Below, piece after piece: positions 49,672 to 64,000 of a stretch of 64,000 nucleotides of DNA (its first letter is position 1; the number at the start of each line of letters is the position of its first letter). The notes beneath the pieces are model-generated. The model saw only the letters and a list, made by a program, of their open reading frames with translations. It searched no databases and was not told the DNA's origin. Both the position numbers and the translations under genes were made by a program. The DNA comes from Octopus vulgaris (lineage: Eukaryota), in NCBI GenBank assembly GCA_951406725.2, contig OX597814.1, positions 56,792,001 through 56,856,000 of the forward strand, in the 5' to 3' direction.

Positions 49672-49787
49672 CGGGTGTTTTCAACTGGGTTCTATATGGA
49701 CCATAGGGGTCTGTATAAAATGTCCACAACTGATTCATAAAATCAGGGGTGGGAGCAGTCCATGGGGGAAATGGTTGAGAACCCCTG
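49672..49787. mobile_element. hAT-Charlie MITE
   Basis: TIRs CGGGTGTTTTCAAC / GTTGAGAACCCCTG; 8-bp flanks TTCTGGAC / CTCTAGAC fit the Charlie NTCTAGAN target. Confidence 0.7.
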
Positions 49788-50228
49788 CTCTAGACTGTAC
49801 TTTGTTACATTGACCTGACTAGACAGTGATTTATACTTGAATGATCTCAGATGAAGTTGAAAGGCATTACAGTCGTGGACGAGATATGAACTCATAACGA
49901 TAAGAAACAACCAAATAACTCGATGTTTTGTCTATCACCAGATCCTGTAATCCAATTGCCATTATACAAGGAGTTACATACGTGTAAAAATACGGTTTTA
50001 TTTTTGTGTTTGCTGCTTGTCATATATAAGGGGTATTTTATATCTTTCTCAGCCTGTAATGGTGTGCCAGTTTTATATGGATGCCTATATATATATATAT
50101 ATATATGTATATTTCAGCCTCTAGGTTGTAAAGTTGCGAATTACCTACCCACACCCACCCGGTGTGGCGGGGTCTCGGGTGACCAAACTGGCAGTTTTTG
50201 CCGTCTTCCCCATACCATATATAAAGAT

Positions 50229-53200
50229 AATGTTGGCACGGAGAAGACGGCAAAAACTGTCGGTTTGCTCACCCGAGACCCTACCACATCTACAGGTACC
50301 TTAAGGAGAAAAACTTGCCTGAGAAAAGACAACAATCGTCCCCAAGAAAAAATATAGACAAGAAGTGCGCTGTTCAGAGGTTATGCGCAAGGCAGCAGCT
50401 GAGCAAGAATCTTTTTTGTGCATGGCGCAAAAGATTGTGCAACAGCTGACCTGGTTACACCAAGCGCAAACGAGGAACATTGCCCACCACTGCGCAAGAC
50501 CTCCATAGTCAACAGTCGTCCTGCGAATATTTTTATTAAATATTGGGTAACTGTTGCATCATAATAACAGTAAAATATTTTCCTGAGAGACCTTGTTGTA
50601 TGCAATCAAGCCCTATGCATAGAACTCGTGGAAACTAACCCCAGCCCTGATACAGAAGACGCAGAAGTACATGTACCAAAGTATGACATACTGCGAACAG
50701 ACAGAAGGGAAAGGAGCCACTGTGCAGTTGCTGTATACATCCATGATGACCTCACATCCCCAGGTCTTACTATCATACTCAAATTCGGTATGTGACACTC
50801 TAATTGTATACACAAGACAACACAATATAGTTATATTCAATACATATTGCCCACCGGATGCTCCAAACCACATAGGCAAGTTTGAAGATTGCCTCTCAAG
50901 AATTAAGGAAATCATTATGCAACTGGAACACTACGTGAGCATATTTCTTATGGGTGATTTCAACTTCCCTAACGTCAACTGGCCCGAAGGTCTCATGCTC
51001 TCAGTAATGACTCATTGCAAACAAGCACAGGTGGAGTCCTTACTCTACCTCACCAATGCCCTATTCACGGAGCTAGTTGTGCTCAGACCAACTAGGGCGA
51101 ATAACATTTTAGATCTCTGCTTCACGAACAATATCGACATCGTTCATGATGTGAAAGTGACGCCGACATTAGTTTCCGATCACAACATAATAGAGCTGCC
51201 TATGTTTGGGCCGAAAGTAACCAGAGACATACATCCTAAAGGAAGCACCCTAAATCTCTCCGATCCGAACTTAATCAAAGCATACTGGAAATCAATCCAA
51301 AAAGACAGGACTGGCCGAAATGTCTCTCCAGACCAGACATTGGCATGAAACTAGAATATTTCATGTCTGTTGTGCAAGCCACATGCCAAAAATATGTCCC
51401 AGAGCACAATGCCAAAACAAATAGGAACAAGATTCCAAGGGAGAGGAAGATCCTCATGAGACGACGGACGAAGGTTGCAAATAGCCTCAACCAACAACCA
51501 AAACGTAGCGAAAGTTCCCGTCTAAAAACAACATAGGTGGAGATTGAAAAAAGCCTGCGACAATCCTATGTGAGGGAGAGAGCAGACAAAGAAGCCAAGG
51601 TTATAAAAAAACATTAAGTCAAACCCAAAGGTCTTCTTTCATTAATCGAAAGAAACAGCCTCAGTACACTGCAACTTAGGACCCCTCCTCCAAAAGGATG
51701 GCTCCCTCACAGACAGTCCAACCAGGATCAGTTAGGTACTGAATGACCAGTTCAAAAGTGTCTTTACCACCCCGTTGGAACACAGACAAGTGAACGAACC
51801 AGTGAACTTCTTTGTCGCTTCACTTATAACCAGCGAGGTAGTTACGATGGATTACATCGACATTAACGAAGATATACAACTAGCCATAGATGAGGTGGAT
51901 GCAAACTCAACTGCTGGTCCTAATGGTTTACCAGCAATCCTCCTGAAATCGTGAAAGCATGCCCTGGAAAAACCCCTCCAGATTCTCTTCCAGAGCTTTC
52001 TTGAAAATGGCAGACTGCTAAGCAAGCTGAAGGATGGAATAATATGCCCAATCCATAAAGAAAGAAGCACAGCAGATGCCAAAAACCATAGGCCTATCTC
52101 TCTGACTTCACACATCAGCAAAGTCGTGGAACAGATAGTCAGAAAGAAACTAATCGCTTTCCTTGAGGAAAATAACTTGCTGACTGATACCCAGCATGGC
52201 TTTAGACCAGGTAGGAGCTCCTGACCAGCTCTTACAACATTATGACTGGCTGTTGAGGCAGTTACTCAACAACTCAAATGTGGACGTAATTTTCCTCAAT
52301 TTTGCAAAAGCTTTTGACAAAGTGGATCATGGTATATGCCACAAACTGCATGATCTCGGCATAGCTGGAAAACTTGGAGAGAGGTTACACAACTTTCTGA
52401 AAGATAGACGCCAGGCAGTAGCGGCCAATGGAGCCATCACAATGAAAACACAAATAGTGAGCGGTGTTCCACAGGGCACTGTCTTAGGAACACTGCATTT
52501 CATAGTGGTCCACTCAGATATGCCCTCAACTGCCCGGATATCCACCCTTGCTTGCAACGCAGACGATACGAAAGTCTCGCAGAAAATACAGAACCCCAGC
52601 GATATTGCACATCTGCAGCAGGAGTTGGACTCAATTTATAGATGGGCTGAGGATAATAATATGCAGTTCAATGCTGAAAAATTCCAAGCCCTGTGGTACC
52701 AGCGTCCAAAACGGAATATGAACTTTACAGAGTACACTGGTCCACAGGGAATTACAATCCCAGAGCCTAAATCAGTGAGTGACCTGGGTATCGACATGAG
52801 TGATGATACCTCTTTCCAAGTGCACATTACCAGGATGGCGATAAAGTGCAGGCGACTGGCTGGCTGGATCCTGAGAATATTCAGAACCAGAGATAAGGAA
52901 ACCATGATGGTCCTCTGGAAGACTTTCGTACTCAGTCGCCTGGATTATCGCTCCCAGCTATAGTCACCCAACAGTGTAAAATTAACAGCGGACCATGAAG
53001 CAATCCAGCGAAGCTTCACAAAGAAGATCGTCTCTTTGCAACAGCTCACCTACTAGGAAAAGCTGAAACAGTTAACACTCTACTCCCTGGAGCGAAGGCG
53101 GGAGAGGTATGCAGTAATATACATCTGGAAGATCTTAGAAGGAACTGTGCCAAATTTTGGCATTGAAAGCTACACCAATGCTAGAACGGATCGACACTGC

Positions 53201-53530
53201 ACAATGCCAAAGATCCCAGCAATGCCATCGCGCTTCAGGACCAGTTACTGCAACAGCTTGGGTTTCAGCGGCCCACAGCTTTTTAATATTCTCCCAAAGA
53301 GCCTGGGGGACCTGCACAAAGTAGATATAAGTGTTTTTAAATGAAGGCTGGACCTCTTCCTGTCGAGAATCCCAGCCGAACCTACCTCGCGGCAAGCGGT
53401 GCAAATGAGGGTAGCTACATCAAACTCCATTCTTCACCAAGTGCCACGTATTAGAGGAGGATCTCAGCAATAGCAGTATAGCAAAACGGCGGTACTCCAG
53501 CATGGCCATAGCTCTGAGCTGAAACTACAA
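50229..53530 (+). mobile_element. CR1-group LINE, copy 2, with multiple stops and frameshifts
   Basis: Colinear with copy 1 from the CCCH finger to the 3' tail; ORF fragments 50671-51348, 51345-51536, 52196-52963 and 53147-53344. Confidence 0.92.
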
Positions 53531-53728
53531 ATATATATATATAAAGATATACAGAAATATATATATATATACATACACACACACATATATATACATATAG
53601 ATATATACTGTATATGTATAAAGATAAATATATATATATGTGTGTATAAATATATATACATATATATATATATGTATGTATATATATATATATATATATA
53701 TATAAATATATATATATATATGTATGTG

Positions 53729-53765
<37 letters not shown>

Positions 53766-54350
53766 GGAGGGAGAGAGAGAGAGGGGGAGAGTGAGAGAGG
53801 GAGAGAGAGGGAGAGAATTTGGAATTAAAGTTAGGGAATTTGGGTAGTTTTAGCCAATCAATAAATAGTGTGGCATTAGCAGCGTTTTACCATGACAACC
53901 GCACGCTGTGTTGTTATTCACTCTTGTCTATGTCACTATTCAGTATGTCGATTGTTTACACTCATTATGTTAACATATTTTTCATTTTATATATTTTGGG
54001 GTCTCATTGATTCAGATAGATGGATTTATGATTTCTCTAGTTTAATTCTATTCCTAAAAATTTTAATTAGGTGTATTTCTTAATCAGTTAGCTTCACATT
54101 TCAACAGCTTAACTGAAATTTAGCACACGTAACAGGAACTGAGAGGGATATCGTGGAACAGAGAAACTGTGAGTGATGCAGATAATTTGACATTATTTTT
54201 GAATTCTGCATGCAAAAACATATAGTATACAGGTATTCTTTTCCTTGAGACAAATTCTTTGTTGAACAGTGTTATTCTTATCGTAGTTTACAAAGCCAAG
54301 GATGAAAACGTTACTCAACTTTGGAGTTTGGGAGACAGACGCCCTTTTTT

Positions 54351-54469
<119 letters not shown>

Positions 54470-55076
54470 ATATATTAATGATGTACATAAATACATGGCA
54501 GGTATACATAATACTGAAGTACGCATAAAATAAACATATGCAGACAAATATGCTAATATTACAAATTTAAAAAAAATGATAAAAGCATACACTCAATGAA
54601 GAGACAAAAGAAGCAGTAAGATGGCACGTTGATTTTATTAGGTATTTCTGTTCATTTAGAAACCTACAAACTGGGTATTTCTATTTATTTTTAAACCTAC
54701 AATGAGCACGTCATACGCTAAATTATTAATTTCACAGGGTACAACCTTAAAGTTGACACCGCTCCGCTAAATGCAGAAAATTTCTGTCTCGCTGTTGGCT
54801 AAAAATACCCAATATTTTCGATTTCTAAGCCTCTGTAACTTTTTGTCCTATTTTTTTCTCCACAACATCACACCTTCAAAACAATGAGACTGGAAGGCTA
54901 CATTATTATAGCTGATTTTCAGATTTTTTACTTTCTTTTAAATAATGCATATTTTGCGAATGAAAAAAAATCCCAGTTGTGTCTAATATAGTCATAATAT
55001 ATATGTATATGTAGTGGATGTGTGTGTGCGTAAATAAATACATAAACTGTTTCATGATTAAGAAGGGATTTATTTA

Positions 55077-56366
55077 CGAGGGGCGTTCAATAAGTAATGC
55101 CTCTGACCCACTTGCAGTTGTTTGATTTAGCTGAAAATTTACATGTGCAATTATTTATATCTATAGATTAGGTGGCAAATTACAGCTCTGAACTAATTGT
55201 GGTTTTTTATATACAGGTGTTTGAACTGAGTCAAGTGTAAAATGGAGCCTGTTGAGTGTCGAGCAGTGATCCGGTTTTTGTATTTGAAAGGACGCACACC
55301 ACGGGAGACTTTTGATGAAATGAAAGTAACTTATGGTGATGACGCCCCATCATATGACCTTGTAAAACGCTGGCATCGTGAATTCAAACATGGTTGGAAC
55401 TCTGTGGAAACAGCTCCCAGATCTGGTTGCCCCCCTTCTGCCATTGATGAGGCATCTGTCCGTCAAATTGAGGCTGCCATTTTGGAAGATCGACGCATAA
55501 CTATTCGCCAAATAGCCCATGAGGTCAAGTTTAGTACCGGGTCTGTGGAAACTATCATTCATGACCATTTGCATATGCAAAAGGTGTCTGTCAGATGGAT
55601 TCCCAGGTTGCTCACACCTTTCCAGAAGCAAGAATGCGTCGAGTGCTCGAGGATGAATTTGGAGATGTGCCAAGAAGATGAGTCAAAATTTTTCAAAAGA
55701 CTGATTACACAGGATGAAACCTGGGTCCATCACTATGATCCAGAGACCAAATCCCAGTCAATGCAGTGGAAGCACCGTGACTCACCTCCTCCAAAGAAGG
55801 CAAGGATGCAGCCCTCCGCTGGCAAGGTTATGCTCACAGTCTTCTGGGACCAGGACGGAGTAGTGATGACAGATTTCCTGGCAAAGGGTACCACAATTAC
55901 AGGAGCCTATTATGCTTCACTTTTGAGGAAATTAAGAGAAGCTATCAAAATCAAGAGGCGGGGCAAGATCAGCAAAGGCATCCTCCTCCTGCAGGACAAC
56001 GCTCTGGTCTACAACTCGCGTGTCGCCAGATCAGAAGCACAGGCGTGTGGCTATTAACTCCTCCCCCATCCCCCTACTCTCCTGACCCTGCACCTTCTGA
56101 TTTTCACCTCTTCCCAGCCATGAAGTTGTTTTTGAAAGGAAAGCATTTCCCAGATGATGCAGCCTTGATTTCTGAAGTCACATCGTGGTTGGAGGACCAA
56201 GCTGAGGTCTTCTACAATAACGGTCTCCAGAGTTGCATCAAACGATGGGAGAAATGTGTAACTCTGAGTGGTTCCTATGTAGAAAAAGACTAATAACTGT
56301 GCCAAGTTTCGTTGCTCTACTGCTATGGGAAGTGGGTCAGGGGCATTACTTATTGAACGCCCCTCG
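55077..56366 (+). mobile_element. full-length mariner (DD34D) transposon, 1290 bp
   Basis: TA|CGAGGGGCGTTCAATAAGTAATGCCTCTGACCCACTT...AAGTGGGTCAGGGGCATTACTTATTGAACGCCCCTCG|TA. Confidence 0.95.
55242..56293 (+). pseudogene. mariner transposase with one stop (56055-56057) and a 1-bp frameshift
   Basis: WIPRLL, TQDETW, LQDNA and YSPDPAPSDFHLF motifs. Confidence 0.92.
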
Positions 56367-59300
56367 TACATGGGTTATAAGTTCACTACATAAAAATGTA
56401 AGCAAATGCTACGCATTGCTTGTACAGAACACATATTAAAGATGAATATGTTTGTGTGTGTGTGGGTATGTGCGTGAATCATTCAGAATAGTAACCTGTA
56501 GGCATTTCTCTAGTCGTCTCCAAAATGCGGGGTGTCTGCTGCTGTGTCAGCTCCGATTGTGTGTCTCTCTGTTTTTCCCTTTGTATTTATAATATCTCAA
56601 ACAGCTAGAAAGATAGACATACTGCAACAGAGTTACTACTTAAGTAGGTCATCGTTTGTCCAGTTGAACTTCGCCTGACATGGCTCAGGTCGTAGGTCAA
56701 AGGGAGATGATCAATCACTTTTTGACAGAACAAAGGGATTCTTAAATTTCGCGCCTATACATGCATTGGTATTTGACGACCGATGATTCTTGGATTCGAT
56801 TTCGAATCCAAGCTTAGAGAATGAAGTGCTAACTCCTACATATACACCGATATTAAAATTTCGAAAGGTACCCTAGAGGCTATTGATTATCATCTAGTAT
56901 ACCTGTGGGAATTGATGTAATTGCAAACGATACTCATGTTTCTTTTTTTTCCCCTCAGCATCTTTCAGAAAATATTAACTTTAACCACAACAAAGTTCTA
57001 AAAATGATCAAGGATTCACCTGTGCGATAAGAATCAATTTTTGTTTATTATAACAGTATCTTTGATTCTATCATGATATCACCCACTATGTCCTGATTAG
57101 CCAAACTTCTTACTCTTTCTTTTTAGATATAACTCACCATTTCTTTTGTCTCAGCAGCACTATTTTCAACTTCACTCATAAAATGCTATAATCGCTTCAA
57201 TAGACTTTACTACTCTTTCTCATTATTCATTAGAACGATTTGTTCCAATTACTTTGAACTACTTGTATTGTTTTCATTATCTCTCACTCTTCACTCGTGA
57301 CATTTAGCTCAAATTGTCTTTTCCTCTTCCTCGATGTCTTCAACGGACAGAATGTCTTTTGGCTTTCGCACACCTCTCTCACTTATACACTAGGGAAGGC
57401 TGAAACAGTTGGTATTTTGAACAGCTTGGACTAACTGTTAATGTCCTTTCTCTTATAGACACAAATCCTGGAATTTTGTGGGAGGGAACTTGTCGGTTAC
57501 ATCGACCTCAGTTCTCAATTGGTACTTATTTCATCGACCCTGAAGGGATGAACGACAAAGTTGACCACGGCGGAATTTAAAAAGGAATAACTTAATATAA
57601 CCCATTCGTACAAAAACAAAAACAAAAAAACGTGATTCCTCAATGTTTACTAACTTCTTTTATATAAACATAAGCTTTATCTAGTTATTATTTTTTCGTC
57701 TTTTTCTCATCTTTTTCTCTGGTACTTTTCGCCAACTAACTCATTAGTGTTCTCCAAATATATACTGACTAGTTTCAATAGAAAATGTACTTCATCCGAT
57801 TATTCAAACCATTTATGAAATGACATATGATCTTTGGTATATCTTCATGTCCCTTACAAAATCAAAGCTTCTCTAGTTATGCAAATGAGGAATGCTGCAT
57901 TCAGTTCTTGGATAGAATTACTTAGAACAGACAGAGGTGGGGGAGTCAAATCACTACCACAATGCCTACAAGATCGATATCAGCAGAATTATAGATGCTT
58001 TAAAGTTTTACATAGAGATAAAACTGTGTCTTTCACCTCAGAAACTTCAGTTGGATCTTTTAGCTTGTCAAGGAGTTTTGTAGCAATTTTGCAGAATCCT
58101 GCTATGCCATACTCTTCAACTAATGTTGTTTAGATTAATATTTAAGCTATGAACAGCTGGTAGTTTTCTATAAAGTTCAAATGTAACTTCCTCTCCATTG
58201 GAATACTGTTCACATGTCTAGGACGGTGTACGCGCACAAATATCATTAACTACTTTAAAAAATAGAAGAAAAAAATGAAAGAAAAATAATACATTTGGTT
58301 TGCTTCCCAACATGCTACTAACTTTAACTCGTAGAAACACTATTCAATTTGTGTATTTTTCTATCGTTACTGCAAACAACCTCTGTCTCTTTATGCAAGC
58401 TTGCGTACGTAGATCACGTGATGGTCACACTTTTCTTCTTTTGGTTTTCTCTTCTGACTCAATCCCAGGTATTGCACGAAGGCACTTTTCCAGCTTTTAT
58501 TTCCCATTGCTATTGGATCTCTCTTCCGACAGTTTTCCCTACAGACCTCAATTCACAGAAATTCAAGTAAAACATAAATCACATCGATCTTACCAGTCTG
58601 ACAGGGCCTCTAAAGTTCATGGTGGTTGCCCTTTCTCTTGGTTGTCAGAAATAGGAAACTATTTACATAGAAAGTGTTTGTAATCGCTTGATTCTGTATT
58701 CATGTATGTAGGAGTATAGTTGAGATTATTGTATATATGAGCATATGTAGATGCGTGTGCTTCTCTCTAATCTACGTTGTGTGAATGTACAAATGTATTT
58801 ATATAACAGTATGAATATATGTGTGTGTTTATGAGTGTGCACATCTGAGAAGTTAGGCTGGTGATATTAAATTTTTTAGTGTAGTTAACATTGCTGTATT
58901 TAAATCTGTGTATTTTGTTTAGTCAACTTTGTGCGCTTTATTAATCCATTTATGTGAAACGAACACACACACATTCATATACATGTATTATGTACATACA
59001 TAATCGTAGCTTGTACATACGCTCATACGCACGCTCTGAGTTCAAATTCTACCGAGTTTTCATCATTTCGCATCGACAAATGAAAGAAAAAGTCAAGTAC
59101 CCAAGAAACAGAGAAATATATTTTCCCCTTTCAGTATTTCTGCTTCTTACTTTCTCAGAGACAATAATTGTTAAAAACATGGTATCACGTAAAATTTCTC
59201 GAAGGAGGTCAGTTAATTTCTCCTGGTAAATTTCGAAGGCTAGCGCATAATCGTTGTTAGAAAAAATGTCACCAAAAGGTGTTCATTCGTCAAACTCATG

Positions 59301-59394
59301 GCACTGGGAAAGAATGAAAGAAAACCAAGTCAATATCTGTAAAATTCAGATACATATGAATTATCAATACGTAACTTCTTAAACTAAGTTCCTC

Positions 59395-59720
59395 CTGTTC
59401 AGTTGATCTGTACACTGGGTAGCATGATGTCTCCAATAATCCCAGTGGCAAGTGCTGAGCATAGCCTGCCTCCTCCCAGGATGATGCTGAGTTGCTTCAG
59501 ATCTTCTCTGAAGGTGACGCACCATGTCTTCCTGGGTTTACCTCTCTTTCTTCGTCCCTCTGATGGTACCCATTGTATAGCTGTTTTGGGTATTTGTTCT
59601 TCTGGCAATCAGAAAACATGACCTACAAGTCTCACTCTTCTTTCCATCACAATCTTCAGTAGACTGCAAAGATTGGCTCTTCTCAGAATTCAGAATTCAT
59701 GATTCTTTCCTTGTTGGTGA
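59395..59720 (-). mobile_element. RTE-like LINE 3' fragment
   Basis: PEEQIPKTAIQWVPSEGRRKRGKPRKTW motif. Confidence 0.7.
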
Positions 59721-59809
59721 TTTTGATTTAACAAATGAATATAAATCTTTAAAAAAAAACAAAACAAGAAACAAAGCAAAACAGAAGAAAAAACAAAAAC
59801 AGATATAAA

Positions 59810-59983
59810 CTTTGAAGATTTTAGTCGAACAAATCAATCCAAGTGGTTACTTTTAAGTCTGGTACTTATTCTGATGGCTATTTTTGCCCAACCGTTAAGT
59901 TATGGGGACGTAAACAAACTAATACCAGTTATCAGTGGATGGAGGGGAAACAAACAAACACGCAAAAATACGCACGCACACAG

Positions 59984-60066
<83 letters not shown>

Positions 60067-60240
60067 TACACACATACGGCAGGCTTTCACTCAGTGTTTC
60101 TGACGACCAAATTCACTCTAAAGGTGAGTAGGCCTAGAGTTATAGCAGAAGGCACGTACCGAAGGTGCCGAACAGTGGGACTGAACCCCCAAAAACGTGG
60201 TTGCAAAGCCAATTTCTTAACCAAACAGTTATGCCCGTGC
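59810..60240 (-). mobile_element. tRNA-head SINE with an internal (CA)n tract
   Basis: Reverse-complement match to 35818-36208. Confidence 0.75.
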
Positions 60241-60742
60241 TTATGTGTGTACAACTTTTGGGAAGACCCTGTATATTAGGTAGGAGTGTATTCTCTGTTC
60301 TTTTATTCGTTTCACCCGAAGGTTGTGACCACGCTGGGGTACCTACCACCACTGCTTAAACCGGAATGTATACTTGAAAATTATCATCCTAGTTTGTTCT
60401 ACCTTATGAATCTTCTAGTTCATTGTGAATATAAATTGTATACTTAGTGTAACACACACACACATACATGCACACACACACATACACACTCACACACACA
60501 CACACACACACTCATACACACACACATCTCCAACTCTGGTCACTTCTGCTATGTAACCTGACACTTGCTTTTCTTGGACTATTCTTTACCTTCTCTCTGA
60601 CGAAATGTCACCCCCACCTTTTTTGTCCATCTTAAACTGAGCGTCGACCTAATACATTCACTGCGCACGTCCTTTTGATTTTTGTTGTTTTTATTTTTTT
60701 CATTTGCCTTATATATATATAGATGATATACGCACACACGCG

Positions 60743-60789
<47 letters not shown>

Positions 60790-60871
60790 TTATATACGTG
60801 TGTGTATAAATACATATATAACATATATATGTATGTGTGCGTGTATATAATATATATATGTATGTGTGTGG

Positions 60872-60928
<57 letters not shown>

Positions 60929-61000
60929 AGTCCCGGGTTGAGTCGGGGTTAACCACAGTAAATAAGGTACTCAATACATAGCAGAGTAAATTAATTTATT

Positions 61001-61099
61001 TTATAGAAGGAGCTTCTACAGGACTAGAACTGTTTCATTCAAATGAAATCATCAGGATTTCATTTGAATGAAACAGTTCTAGTCCTGTAGAAGGTCCTT

Positions 61100-61105
<6 letters not shown>
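61001..61105. repeat. near-perfect palindrome (50-bp arms, 1 mismatch, 5-nt loop) in a PLE-like fragment
   Basis: 61001-61050 equals the reverse complement of 61056-61105 except at one base. Confidence 0.92.
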
Positions 61106-61157
<52 letters not shown>

Positions 61158-61278
61158 GGTTTGTCCAGTTACCTTACAGTTGGATATGAATTGTAATATT
61201 CATCCTTTAAAATAGGTAATAAACTAGTATAGTCATTAGATCTTATTAACCATTAATGAGGTATTTTAACCTTTATTT

Positions 61279-61320
<42 letters not shown>

Positions 61321-61324
<4 letters not shown>

Positions 61325-61382
61325 TGCCCCAGCATGGCCACAGCTCATTAGCTGAAACTGGAAAAATCAAAAAATCAAAATC
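61321..61382 (+). mobile_element. tail-only copy of the CR1-group LINE
   Basis: GCGGTGCCCCAGCATGGCCACAGCTCATTAGCTGAAACTGG plus an A-rich tail, between (TA)n tracts. Confidence 0.75.
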
Positions 61383-61395
61383 ATATATATATATA

Positions 61396-62361
<966 letters not shown>

Positions 62362-62489
62362 ACACACACAGTATATCTTGTGTATGTACAAATAGATGTA
62401 CAACTGCTACTGTAGACTTATAGCTTCACGTAAATTACTATCATTCCGTCTGCTTCCAGTATAGTGGTTATAGCACTTTGTAACATTTT

Positions 62490-64000
62490 TTATAAGGAAG
62501 TCCCAAACGAGGAGAGAAGCCACCTCTTTTAAGAGACTATGAAGGAGAAATTAAGTGAAAGGAATCAATTTACTTTAGACTTGATAGATCTCAAGTGATA
62601 AGAAAGGGGAAAAGAATGAGATGGGTGGGAGTTCCAAAATTTAGCAGTTCGAGAAAAAAGCTACGATCGTTGTGGAAGCACAACGGCATTTGGATGAAGA
62701 CGGTACGAAGTCAAATGGAAGTAAGAGTGAAAGTTCATCAGAACACTTTCTTTTGGCAATAGCGATAGAAAAGGTAAGACTGGCAACGTCACGCCGATAG
62801 GGTTACAGAGTTGAAGCAAGAGAAGGACCAGTCAAATTAGAGACTCATTTCCGAACTCGGTCGAGAAAATCCAAGTGACAAGATTGTGCACCTGCGCAAT
62901 AACTACAACAGTATTTCATACAAGGACGAATTGTGGACATGTAAAGACACAAAATGCCTTGGATGTGAGGTAGTCTTTTAACATACACATTGACCTAACC
63001 TTATAGGAAGCATACCTAGTAATTGACTGTACGTAAGAACCTCAAGAAAGATCAGGTAAGAAACTAAGATCAAACAGTTTCAAAGAAAACCTTTCCTCAA
63101 GTGGTCTAACTGTCTCACCAAGTAATACATCAGACCTATAGCTCATGCAAATGGGAGGAAGATAAAGATCCCTCTTCATATTGAAAGACATGAGTTTTGA
63201 TGTTGCCAGGGTCGAAAATTACTAGCTACTTTTCGCCCCGTTTATTAACTGTTTGCAAGTCCACCTCAAGTCTAGCAGCAAATTCCATCCGTTTTAAGGG
63301 AGAGGGATTGTCAGGAAAACCAGGAGAAAATGTAGTGTCATCAGCATAAATGTTGATGAATTGAAGAACATTGAAAGGAAGATGGTTGATGTGGAGAAGA
63401 ATGAGAGTTGGACCAAGAACAGAGCCTTGAGGAATACCAGCATTGATAGAATAATCAGAAGTAACATCCTCCAGAGTCACACGTACAAAACGACGAGAAA
63501 GGAATGACCGCATAACGCTAATGCTCTTTCCACGAAGCAGAGAACCTATGTAGCAGATCAGCATGCAAAACCCCACCAAAAAGAACGCCAAACCCAATCA
63601 AAAGCAGTCCAAACCCTATCAAGACCTTTTTTTAAATCATAAATCGGTCTGTAATAACAACAGTAGAACGAGAGCCAAGAAAGCTATACTGAACAACAAA
63701 GAATCCCAATCTTCCAAGAAACTCAACCGACCTGTTGTTAATGAGACGTTGAGAGACTTTGCTAGTAGTCGAGAGAAGACTAACGGGACGATATTTGTTT
63801 GGTTTAGAAGGCTCACCATCATTCTTAAAAATCGAGACAATATTAGCTGCTTTCCAGCATGGCAGAAAACAAGACTCAGAAAGACAAAGATTAGAAATAC
63901 ACTGTAAAGGTGCAAGCATAGTCTGATGGGTGAGAAACTAACTCTACAACTACGTGGTTCCAGCCGTGATGAATCCCACACTGGATAAGTGCTCATCAAT
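62490..64000 (-). mobile_element. decayed CR1/Jockey-group LINE RT region (continues beyond the window)
   Basis: CWKAANIVSIFK..YRPVSLLS, NAGIPQGSVLGPTL, IYADDTT. Confidence 0.85.

Overview
AT-rich, microsatellite-dense animal genomic DNA. The repeat content points to a coleoid cephalopod, most likely Octopus (inference). Two spliced genes were reconstructed by hand and neither appears whole in the ORF track. (1) The last five coding exons (+, 543-13177) of an OSR1/SPAK (OXSR1/STK39/Frayed) kinase, encoding the CCT/PF2 domain. (2) A complete three-exon, 141-aa four-EF-hand protein on the minus strand (35153-27481), convergent with the kinase. The rest is transposable elements: two ~3.3-3.4 kb CR1-group LINEs in inverted orientation (one with an open ~1000-aa ORF2), RTE LINE fragments, Penelope-like elements (PLEs), tRNA-head and Meta-domain SINEs, a near-intact mariner, Tc1 and maT relics, MITEs, Helitrons and a Gypsy integrase relic. 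Most notable are two hammerhead ribozymes with fully canonical cores in intron 1 of the EF-hand gene. One (33199-33290, +) sits in a terminally redundant 535-bp retrozyme/pLTR-like unit; the other (33885-33950, -) is in the sense orientation of the pre-mRNA. Also notable: a SINE/LINE shared 3' double hairpin with compensatory changes, repeated insertion of retroelements into (TA)n tracts including the internal microsatellite of a SINE, and a Helitron inserted precisely inside a Tc1 terminal inverted repeat (TIR). All alignments and RNA folds were done by eye, and TE boundaries are approximate unless a TSD or TIR is quoted.
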